Shown: positions 16,474 through 24,269 of the stretch, piece after piece | How positions within the stretch are numbered: the first letter of the stretch is position 1 | Layout of the letters: the number at the start of each line of letters is the position of its first letter | Assembly (NCBI GenBank): GCA_018821685.1 | Contig: JAHJLO010000041.1 | Span: 1 to 27,427 of the forward strand | Direction: 5' to 3' | Source of the DNA: Patescibacteria group bacterium | GTDB taxonomy: Bacteria; Patescibacteriota; Minisyncoccia; Phycocordibacterales; UBA12079 | DNA: 27,427 nucleotides | The notes under the pieces: generated by a model | Databases searched by the model: none | Seen by the model: only the letters and a program-made list of their open reading frames with translations | What the model was told of the DNA's origin: nothing | Position numbers and translations under genes: made by a program

Positions 16474-16628
16474 GACAAAAAGTTGATATTTGTGAAAAAT
16501 ATATAAGTTCGTTGAAAATTTAATTACTGTCATTCGCTTGCTACACCTAATCATACTCGTCTTGCTTGCAATTCGGGACAAATATTTTGATTGGCTTCGG
16601 TTTAATCTGAATAGAATGGGTGTAGCAA

Positions 16629-17175
16629 GGGGGTGACAGGCTTAGACAGATAAACTAATTTTTATATGTGCAAAGTCGAACTGAGTAATTCGTAAAAAGG
16701 CTCAATAAAGATAAGTGCAAACTTGTCACAAAAAGCAAAGGCTGTGGTTTCACCATATTTCGCTTTTGCTCCAGCATTAGCTTAGTCTAAACTGGCGGTC
16801 AATTTCGCTGCTGTTTGATAAGCAAATTGATTGTTATATTCTTCAAACTAGGATTTAAGAATGTTTCGGCTTATTTCCGAAGTCAAGAAAATCGGATTTT
16901 TAAGGTTTTGTTTATTTAAGAGCGTGTCCAAAAGCTTGCTTCTGAGGATATTTTACCAAATTTTGATCGAGATGAAATAAAAAATTTTAAGGAATATTAA
17001 TATATTTCGAGAAATTTTTTACAAATCTTCGGGCGAAATTTGGAGAAATAGAGCCAGAATGAAGTTTCTGGACACGCTCATACTTAATAATCTTAAACAC
17101 CAAACAAATAAAATATACTTTGTAGACTCATTTAAAAACTTTATTTGGACGCGAGTTCAACTCTCGCCACTTCCA
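16629..17175 (+). ncRNA. ssrA: tmRNA, unusually long (547 nt)
   Basis: 5' GGGGGTGAC pairs with CACTTCC-A (17168-17175); GGAC-GCGAG-TTCAACT-CTCGC T-arm; helix 2 CAGATAAA/TTTATTTG and TGCAAAGT/ACTTTGTA; pk1-like CGAA/TTCG + TGAG/CTCA; tag frame 16717-16785 ANLSQKAKAVVSPYFAFAPALA*. Confidence 0.92.
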
Positions 17176-17410
17176 CAAATTATAAAAGACGCCAGTTCGT
17201 AAGAACTGGCGTCTTTTATAATTTGTGGAAGTGGAGAAAGCAAACAGTTTTGCTTTCGTCGAGAGTTGAAAGGCGGAGCATGTCGCACGCAAGTGATTTT
17301 CTCTTCCAAGGAGAAAATAACGAGTACGACAGCGAGCCGGGGTAGCGAACACTTAGGCTTTTGGAGTCCGAAGGACGAACAAAAGACTTAGTGATTCGTG
17401 ACCGATTCTC
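17176..17410 (+). repeat. Structured RNA-3'-end element, tmRNA copy (unit 4)
   Basis: Perfect 32-bp palindrome 17167-17234; 9-bp/4-nt hairpin; GTCGAGAGTTGAAA; P1 17272-17338; P2 17341-17403 (42-bp core 41/42 identical to unit 1); terminal GATTCTC. Confidence 0.8.
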
Positions 17411-17598
17411 CTTTAAACAGTAATTTATTTTCTCCCCAAAATAAATTTCCTTTAGTCAGCAAACTAAAATAAAAAAGGCTCCTAACCTTAATTCCACCCC
17501 CCAACAAAAAACCTACCCATTTGACACCCCTCCTCACCCTGTGGTATATTTCTATCAGAACAGTAACATTAATTCATCGAAAAACAAGGAGAAAAACC

Positions 17599-17838
17599 AT
17601 GACACATTCAACCACTTCAAAAAAAGACCTCTGTGATAAAGAAGTGAATCTGGGAAGAAGAAATGTTGCCTGCACATTATACCAAAGAGGGGGTATCCTC
17701 CTGGTGAGAGGCAACGTTCGTTACTTACATGCCACAAAAATTCTCCAAGTCTTGGAGGAAAAAGGGGCAGATATAAACCCCAGCGACTGGTTTATAAAAA
17801 ACAGAACACCAGAAAGTATCACTTTCTGGAAAAACTAG
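17599..17838 (+). CDS. Small hypothetical protein
   Basis: SD AAGGAG before ATG 17599 (MTHSTTSKK); promoter TTGACA(17521)-18-TATATT; followed by hairpin 17856-17884. Confidence 0.55.
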   Translation: MTHSTTSKKDLCDKEVNLGRRNVACTLYQRGGILLVRGNVRYLHATKILQVLEEKGADINPSDWFIKNRTPESITFWKN

Positions 17839-18002
17839 ATAAAAAAGCTCTGGCCAACCCCGCGAGAAAACCTCTCCTGGGGTTTTCTTATTGCTTTTTT
17901 TTGGGTTGAATGACACAATGGGGTTAAATATATTAGGTTAAACAAACAATTTTAGATTGCCACACTTTTTAGTGTAAAATTTCCAAAGCTAAACCAAAAA
18001 AC

Positions 18003-19280
18003 ATGAGAAAAAAAGGAAGTCAAAAAGAATATGACCTTGTTGTAATCGGTGGAGGACCGAGCGGTATGATGATGGCAGGAAGAGCGGCTGAATTAGGAGC
18101 CAGGGTTCTTTTGCTTGAAAAAAACAAAGACCTAGGAAAAAAATTAAGAATTACAGGAGGTGGGCGTTGTAATATTACCAACGCTGAATTCAACGTGAGA
18201 GAATTTCTAAATAACTTTCCTGAATCAAAAAACTTTCTCTTCTCCCCCTTTTCCAAGTTCTCTTCCAAAGATACTTTTGATTTTTTTGAAAAAAAAGGTT
18301 TACCTCTAGTGGTTGAATCTCGTAAAAGAGCTTTTCCGGAATCACAAAAAGCTGAGCATGTATTCAAACTCCTAGAGAGATACGTTCGCTCAAACGGAGG
18401 TGAAATAAAAACAGATTCACAGGTAGTAAAGATGAGTAAAGAAAGCGGTAAAATAAAATCAATTGAAACAAAAAAAGGTGAAAAATATTTTGCTAAAAAT
18501 TTTGCTATTGCAACAGGAGGAGCTTCCGCTCAATGGACAGGGTCAACCGGTGATGGATTTAAATGGTTAGAAAAATTGGGACATAAAATTAAAGAAGCTA
18601 ACCCAAATTTGGTTCCCCTTACAACAAACGAAAAATGGATTCATAAATTATCTGGACTAACTCTTTCTTTCATGAAAATTAGTTTCATTCAAGATGAAAA
18701 AGTTAAATTTAAAAAAACAGGGAAAATTCTATTTACTCACTTCGGTGTTTCAGGACCTTTAATTATAAACTCAGCTTTCGAGGCTAAAAAACTACTCAAA
18801 AAAGGTAAGGTTTTTGCCTCTATTGATATATTCCCAGATACAGAAGAAAGTGATTTAGACAAAAGAGTTCTGAAACTTTTCGAAAATAACAAAAACAAAT
18901 CTCTTAAAAATATTCTTCCAGAAATGCTATTGAAAAATCTAGCCAAAGAAATTTTAAACCTACCTGATATTAATATGGCAGAAAAACAAGCCAACTCTGT
19001 CACCAAGGAGGAGCGAAAAAAACTTGTTAAAAAAATGAAAGATTTAAGGTTCGAAATAACAGGAACTCTTGGTTTGGACAAAGCAATTATCACAGACGGT
19101 GGAATTATTTTAGAAGAAGTTGATTTTAAAAACATGACTTCAAAAAAATATCCAAACCTATATTTACTAGGTGATGTTCTAAATGTTAACCGACCATCAG
19201 GAGGCTTCTCACTTCAATTGTGTTGGACAACCGGTCATGTAGCGGGTTCAGACGTAGGAGAAAAAATTAAAGAAGAGTAG
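18003..19280 (+). CDS. HI0933/YhiN-family NAD(P)/FAD-dependent oxidoreductase
   Basis: GGGPSG dinucleotide fold, GGGRCNITN, ILFTHFGVSGP, GGFSLQ.CW.TG. Confidence 0.93.
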   Translation: MRKKGSQKEYDLVVIGGGPSGMMMAGRAAELGARVLLLEKNKDLGKKLRITGGGRCNITNAEFNVREFLNNFPESKNFLFSPFSKFSSKDTFDFFEKKGLPLVVESRKRAFPESQKAEHVFKLLERYVRSNGGEIKTDSQVVKMSKESGKIKSIETKKGEKYFAKNFAIATGGASAQWTGSTGDGFKWLEKLGHKIKEANPNLVPLTTNEKWIHKLSGLTLSFMKISFIQDEKVKFKKTGKILFTHFGVSGPLIINSAFEAKKLLKKGKVFASIDIFPDTEESDLDKRVLKLFENNKNKSLKNILPEMLLKNLAKEILNLPDINMAEKQANSVTKEERKKLVKKMKDLRFEITGTLGLDKAIITDGGIILEEVDFKNMTSKKYPNLYLLGDVLNVNRPSGGFSLQLCWTTGHVAGSDVGEKIKEE

Positions 19281-19349
19281 TCAATTTACAATAAAAGTGA
19301 TATATTCAAATTAGATAAGTAAACACTAATCTGATAAAAGGAGAATTCC

Positions 19350-19847
19350 ATGGCTAAAATTGAAAAAAAAGATCTGGTGACTGTTTTTTTGAGAATAGAA
19401 CAAATTGGGATAGGACAAAAGTACAGTGGGGTTTTAAAAATAGGATCCCTTGGGATGACTTATGATTTTGAGTCTGTGATACCTCTTCCCGATAAAGAAG
19501 AAGAAATTTACCTAAACGCGGAAACACTGGATGCTTGCAAAATTTTATTTTTAATAAAGATATACGACCTAAAAGGAGGCCCTTCATTAGAATTGAGTGA
19601 TGCGGAATTTATTTTTTTTCATGACCTTCTTTATTCGAATATAAAAAAACTGCATTTTCATCCTGAGATTTCCAGATTTAACGAGGCAAAAAAAACTGGG
19701 AAAATAAGTTGTTTGATTGATTCGAAAAGCTCAATAGGTAAACCTATTGAGATGATAACAGTTCCAAGGCAATTGTATACTTTTTTAATATTAAAGAATC
19801 GAGTACCAAAAACGATTCTTGAATCTACCCAAAAAAACTCGGTGTAA
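19350..19847 (+). CDS. Hypothetical protein
   Basis: 165-aa ORF with SD AAGGAG; ends at a terminator. Confidence 0.6.
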   Translation: MAKIEKKDLVTVFLRIEQIGIGQKYSGVLKIGSLGMTYDFESVIPLPDKEEEIYLNAETLDACKILFLIKIYDLKGGPSLELSDAEFIFFHDLLYSNIKKLHFHPEISRFNEAKKTGKISCLIDSKSSIGKPIEMITVPRQLYTFLILKNRVPKTILESTQKNSV

Positions 19848-19858
19848 GTAATCAATAC

Positions 19859-19886
19859 AAAGCAGCCCTTTCTCCAGGGCTGCTTT
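19859..19886. terminator. Bidirectional intrinsic terminator
   Basis: AAAGCAGCCCT/AGGGCTGCTTT between convergent genes. Confidence 0.8.
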
Positions 19887-19888
19887 TT

Positions 19889-21391
19889 TCATTCAACTTT
19901 TTTTCTTAATAACCAAATAAAATAAATTCCATAAATTGATACCATCAGCCACGCTGGAAAATAAGAAATGTGGAAAGAAGAAAAAGGAAGTGAAGCAAAA
20001 ATATCAACTATTTTTAATTCATAGGTTAGTAAACCATAAGTTGCATAGGCAAAAGGTATTGCGAGAAACGAACTAATAAAACCAAAAATACCAGTCAAAA
20101 AACCAAGTAACATGGTTAGTGGAATAAACATAAGAACCAGGAGATTTACCGGAATAGAAACAACCGAGAAATCCCCCATCATATACAGGATAAGAGGTAA
20201 AACAAAAATTTGAGTGGAAATAACCGCAACTAAAGATTCTCTTAGATTAAACTTCTCCGGAATAAATTCAAAATATTTTTTAACCCGAGGGGAAAGAACA
20301 ATCAAACCAAAAGTTGCCATGAAAGACAGCTGAAAAGATGGATCAAAAATTAGAATGTTTGGATTATGTAAAAGCATTAAAAAACCGGCGAGAAAAAGAG
20401 TTCTAGTCATCTGATTAACTCTTCCCGTGGAATGAGCTAACATCACCAGCAGAGCCATAACCGAAGCCCTAACGATTGTGGCAGAAGCCCCTGTCATAAT
20501 TGCAAATAAAATAATGCTAACAGCGCCAAGAAGAGTCGAAAAAACAATGGGCAAAAAAGAAAAAAGTCCCATCATGAACTCAGCTACAATGGTTAAATTA
20601 TAACCAGACAAAACAACAATATGAATTAACCCCGTCTTTCTAAAGTCTTCTTGAAGTTCTTTTCCGAGTGATTCCTTTGCCCCAACAACCAGACCTCCCA
20701 ACAAAGAAGAATGGGGCTCTGGAATTATTTTTTTAATTTGAAATAAAAAGGCAGTTTTTACCTCAAACAATTTCTCTTTAATAAAATTCCCATTTCCGCT
20801 AGAAAGATAATTAACCTCAGGATAAAACATCTGGTAATAAATTCTGTCTTTTGCTAGATAGGAAATGTAATCAAACTCTCTATTATCATCTGATACAAAA
20901 TTTTTTGGTTTTTTTAACTCCCCAAAAATATTAATTTCATCTCCGTATTTAAATTTAGGATAATGACCGGTGGTGATAATAGCTTTTTCATTGAGAGGAG
21001 TATTTTCAAGACCTAAGTCACTGAATTTTATTATTAAACGAGTGTTGTTTTCCCTAACATCAGGCTCGTCAACAACTATTGCCTTCATTTTTACCTTCTC
21101 CCCCACCAATTTGTCTAGAGCTAAATTATCTTTATCTAAACCAACAGCATCGAACCTCATCATGCCCAAACCAACAGACATTAATAAAATTACTAAGAAT
21201 AAAATCTTCTCCAAACTGACTGCCCTTTCGTGATTTTCTCTTTTTTTTATTTTCAACAAATAGAAGAAAAATAAAATAATTCCTAAAAATATAAACAACC
21301 AAGAAAAAGAAACCCCGAAATCAAAAAACGAACGGAAAAATATTCCGCCCGCAAATCCACCCAAAACCACATAGAAAAAATCTTTTTGCAT
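19889..21391 (-). CDS. comEC: Competence channel ComEC/Rec2 (DUF4131 OB domain + Competence domain, no metallo-beta-lactamase domain)
   Basis: F..TGL.HIVVLSGYN, A..VRA..M, D.SFQLSF.AT, N.LV...IP; multi-TM. Confidence 0.93.
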   Translation of the reverse strand: MQKDFFYVVLGGFAGGIFFRSFFDFGVSFSWLFIFLGIILFFFYLLKIKKRENHERAVSLEKILFLVILLMSVGLGMMRFDAVGLDKDNLALDKLVGEKVKMKAIVVDEPDVRENNTRLIIKFSDLGLENTPLNEKAIITTGHYPKFKYGDEINIFGELKKPKNFVSDDNREFDYISYLAKDRIYYQMFYPEVNYLSSGNGNFIKEKLFEVKTAFLFQIKKIIPEPHSSLLGGLVVGAKESLGKELQEDFRKTGLIHIVVLSGYNLTIVAEFMMGLFSFLPIVFSTLLGAVSIILFAIMTGASATIVRASVMALLVMLAHSTGRVNQMTRTLFLAGFLMLLHNPNILIFDPSFQLSFMATFGLIVLSPRVKKYFEFIPEKFNLRESLVAVISTQIFVLPLILYMMGDFSVVSIPVNLLVLMFIPLTMLLGFLTGIFGFISSFLAIPFAYATYGLLTYELKIVDIFASLPFSSFHISYFPAWLMVSIYGIYFIWLLRKKVE

Positions 21392-21413
21392 GGCTAATTG
21401 TCCTTACAATCTT

Positions 21414-23843
21414 CTAAATAAAATCTTCTTCTTTAAATTCAACACGAGACCCAACTTCCACCTTCCCCGAAATTAACATCTCAGCCACTTTTTGTTCTAT
21501 ATTGTCTTGGATAGCTCTATTCATGGGACGAGCTCCAAATTTAGGGTCAGAACCTTTTTTCATAAGGAAATCAGTAACAACATCATTAATGACTAAATCA
21601 ATTCCACGTTCTTTCAAACGTTTTTGGAGTTTTTTAAGCATGAGAACAGCAATCTGTTTTAATTCATCACTTTTCAGAGATTGAAACGTAACAACCGCGT
21701 CAAACCTATTAAGAAATTCTGGTTTAAAAATACCTCTTTCTATAATGGTATTTACTAATTGCTTTTCAAAATCTTCATAAAGAATATTTTTTTGTGACAT
21801 TTCCCAAATTAAATCACTACCAGCATTTGAAGTAGCTATTAAAATAACATTCCGAGCGTTCACTTTTTTTCCATTCATATCAGTAAAAATTCCTTCGTCG
21901 ATAATTCTCAAAAATAAATCATGAACACCCTTACTTGCTTTTTCAAGCTCATCCAACAACAGAACACCATAGGGTTTTTCTCTTAAAATATTTGAAAGTA
22001 AGCCCATTTTCCCTGTGTCGAAAGACCCAATAAGTTTATCGACAGCATCCTCTCCTTGATACTCGGACATATCAATCCTCGAAATAGCTTCTTCATTTTT
22101 GAAAAAGATTTCAGCAAGAGCCTTCGCGGTTTCGGTTTTTCCAACTCCAGTAGGACCAATAAAAAGAAACGAGCCAATCGGTCTTTTAGAATTTTGGATT
22201 CCCGTTCGAGCACGACGGACAGCGTTACTCATAGCTTTAATAGCGTTATTCTGACCGATAACTCTTTTATGTAACATATCTTCCATAGCAATCAAACCAT
22301 CTCGTTCTTCTTCCTTAATTTCTCCAACTGGAATATTTGTTTTTGAACGAACCAAATCAAAGACGTCTTCTTTTTCAACAATATATTTTTTCTTTTTAAC
22401 AAGAATAGAGCTCAATTCGATGGCTATATCAATGGCCTTATCTGGCATAACACCCTCAGAAAAATAACGGTCAGCACTAACGATAATTTCTTCTAAAGAT
22501 AGATAGGTAAAAAATATCGGATTCCGATATTCTAAATCGCGGATGACTTCTTCTAAAACAACCATCGTATCTTCCAAGGAAGGTTGCTCCATAATAATCT
22601 TTTCAAATCGACGAACGATGATTGGGTCTTGTTCTAAAAATTTATGGAATTTATCTAAATCATTTAAAACTATTAATTGGAGTTGATCAGAAGCAAGGTA
22701 AGAATCAATAAGAGGAAGAACCTCAACCCCAAGTTTTTTTGCACTTAATAAAAAATTAGAAAATTTATCAATAGCAAGAATAATATTTCCAGCTTTAATT
22801 GACTCTATTAAAATATTAAGAAAAGTTTGTTCAAATTCAGATTTTTCTGTCATAGCAGAAACAAACCTTTCCGAGTCAAAAAGTACGACTTTTTTATGTT
22901 CCAATTGAGGAACGACATTTTTTGAGGTAATTATTCTTGCGAAATCCTGTAGGGCTTCAATCTTTCCCACACCCTCTTCACCAACCAAGATTACATTTAA
23001 TTCACGACCTCGCGATAGAACAGTTTCAATATTGTTAACAATATTTTTTGTTTTTATGGTAGAAATTTTATCTGTAGGACCTTCATAACCAGAAACAACG
23101 GAACTAAACTTATCTAGGGTATAGGTAACTCCTTGAGTAAAGCCAACTCCTATGGAAGGAATTCTTTCTAGCCTTCGAGGAGACCACCACTGCTCATTCT
23201 TTTTAATTAATTCTATTTCTCTTATTATCCATTCAGCCGAACCAATTAATTGTTTTTCTCTTATGCTTTTTTTAAACAAAAAATCTTCAAACTCCTTACT
23301 GTTTCTATATAAATAAACAGCGAGATCTCTAATTGTAAATATATTTTGAGAATCAAAAATTATTTCTTCCGTAAAAGTCTCTTCTTTCTTCTCCGAAAGA
23401 AATTTTTTAATATCTCTTTTATAAATACCGCAACGAGACATCACACTTAGGCCTGACTCTGAAAGTAAAAAACTTTTAAGCAAATTGTCCTTTCGTGTTT
23501 TTTTAAAAATCTTTAAAACCTCAAAACTAATAGGATTTTTTTCCTGTTCTTTAAAATACAAAGACCTGAAGAAAAACTCTAAAAAAGAAATACTGATCCA
23601 AAAACCAAAAAGCACAAAGATAACTCCAATTACTCTCAATTGGTCATAGACCAAAAAATCTAAATTAGATAAATTAAATTTTTCTGACACAAAAGGAAAT
23701 ATTAAAAAAATTATTCCTAGAAAAATTAAACTAAAAATAAAATTATTTATTTTATGTCTCCATTTATGACTAAAAACTCTCTCCAAAATTAAAATTGGAT
23801 ACAGTTTATTTTCTTTAACTTTTGTATGTAAATTTAAACTCAT
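21414..23843 (-). CDS. Membrane-anchored ClpA/B/C-family AAA+ ATPase with a degenerate first module
   Basis: Two N-terminal TM helices. D1 has GEEGVGKIE but a non-canonical Walker B (LAIDKF) and MPDKAID. D2 is intact: VIGQ..A, RPIGSFLF.GPTGVGKTE, LLDELEKA, PEFLNRFD, FGARP. Confidence 0.88.
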   Translation of the reverse strand: MSLNLHTKVKENKLYPILILERVFSHKWRHKINNFIFSLIFLGIIFLIFPFVSEKFNLSNLDFLVYDQLRVIGVIFVLFGFWISISFLEFFFRSLYFKEQEKNPISFEVLKIFKKTRKDNLLKSFLLSESGLSVMSRCGIYKRDIKKFLSEKKEETFTEEIIFDSQNIFTIRDLAVYLYRNSKEFEDFLFKKSIREKQLIGSAEWIIREIELIKKNEQWWSPRRLERIPSIGVGFTQGVTYTLDKFSSVVSGYEGPTDKISTIKTKNIVNNIETVLSRGRELNVILVGEEGVGKIEALQDFARIITSKNVVPQLEHKKVVLFDSERFVSAMTEKSEFEQTFLNILIESIKAGNIILAIDKFSNFLLSAKKLGVEVLPLIDSYLASDQLQLIVLNDLDKFHKFLEQDPIIVRRFEKIIMEQPSLEDTMVVLEEVIRDLEYRNPIFFTYLSLEEIIVSADRYFSEGVMPDKAIDIAIELSSILVKKKKYIVEKEDVFDLVRSKTNIPVGEIKEEERDGLIAMEDMLHKRVIGQNNAIKAMSNAVRRARTGIQNSKRPIGSFLFIGPTGVGKTETAKALAEIFFKNEEAISRIDMSEYQGEDAVDKLIGSFDTGKMGLLSNILREKPYGVLLLDELEKASKGVHDLFLRIIDEGIFTDMNGKKVNARNVILIATSNAGSDLIWEMSQKNILYEDFEKQLVNTIIERGIFKPEFLNRFDAVVTFQSLKSDELKQIAVLMLKKLQKRLKERGIDLVINDVVTDFLMKKGSDPKFGARPMNRAIQDNIEQKVAEMLISGKVEVGSRVEFKEEDFI

Positions 23844-24223
23844 ATAATTAATTTTACCCCTAAAGCAAAAATACCTATCAAAAGAACAGGTGCTAATGTC
23901 CAGGCAATTAACGAAACTAACCCTAAAATAAGAACTGCAATAATCGCGACAGCTCCTGTAATGATTATGGTCGATTTCACAATAAAACCAACTACCCTCA
24001 TAATAGTGTTAACAATCGCAACAGAAAACATATCTTCAAAATCAAAAGCTCGTTTTCTTTCTTCGCCCATTCTCTTGAAAGGAGAAAATAATGTACTAAG
24101 GAGAATTCTGATGGAAAAGAAATTATAAAAAAAATTTAAAAAATTCCCCCACAAAGAAAAAATATCTCTATACGCTTTAGTATAATGCCAGCCGAAATAA
24201 TAGAAAATTAAATTAAAAACCAT
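23840..24223 (-). CDS. Small membrane protein translationally coupled to the Clp-like ATPase
   Basis: 4-nt stop/start overlap with the ATPase; aromatic N-terminus (YYFGWHY) and C-terminal TM helices; TATAAT 6 nt before the ATG. Confidence 0.75.
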   Translation of the reverse strand: MVFNLIFYYFGWHYTKAYRDIFSLWGNFLNFFYNFFSIRILLSTLFSPFKRMGEERKRAFDFEDMFSVAIVNTIMRVVGFIVKSTIIITGAVAIIAVLILGLVSLIAWTLAPVLLIGIFALGVKLII

Positions 24224-24269
24224 ACAATAATTATATAATAAAAATGAAGATAACTACACCAGAGTAAAC

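Noticed and set aside
16920-17079. Group I or II intron in the tmRNA
   Set aside because: I could not identify P7 or domain V core motifs, and the insert is short and rod-like.
17128-17352. ORFs 17128-17352 and 17145-17345
   Set aside because: They overlap the tmRNA 3' end and the palindrome; both read TSTNYKRRQF from the two arms of the inverted repeat.
15622-19855. ORFs 15622-15966, 16336-16581, 17555-17737, 17725-17916, 18020-18367, 18737-19135, 19354-19587 and 19658-19855
   Set aside because: Antisense overlaps with better-supported genes that have SD, promoter or family motifs.
20970-22274. ORFs 20970-21233, 21502-21684, 21983-22213 and 22056-22274
   Set aside because: Shadows of comEC and the Clp-like ATPase.
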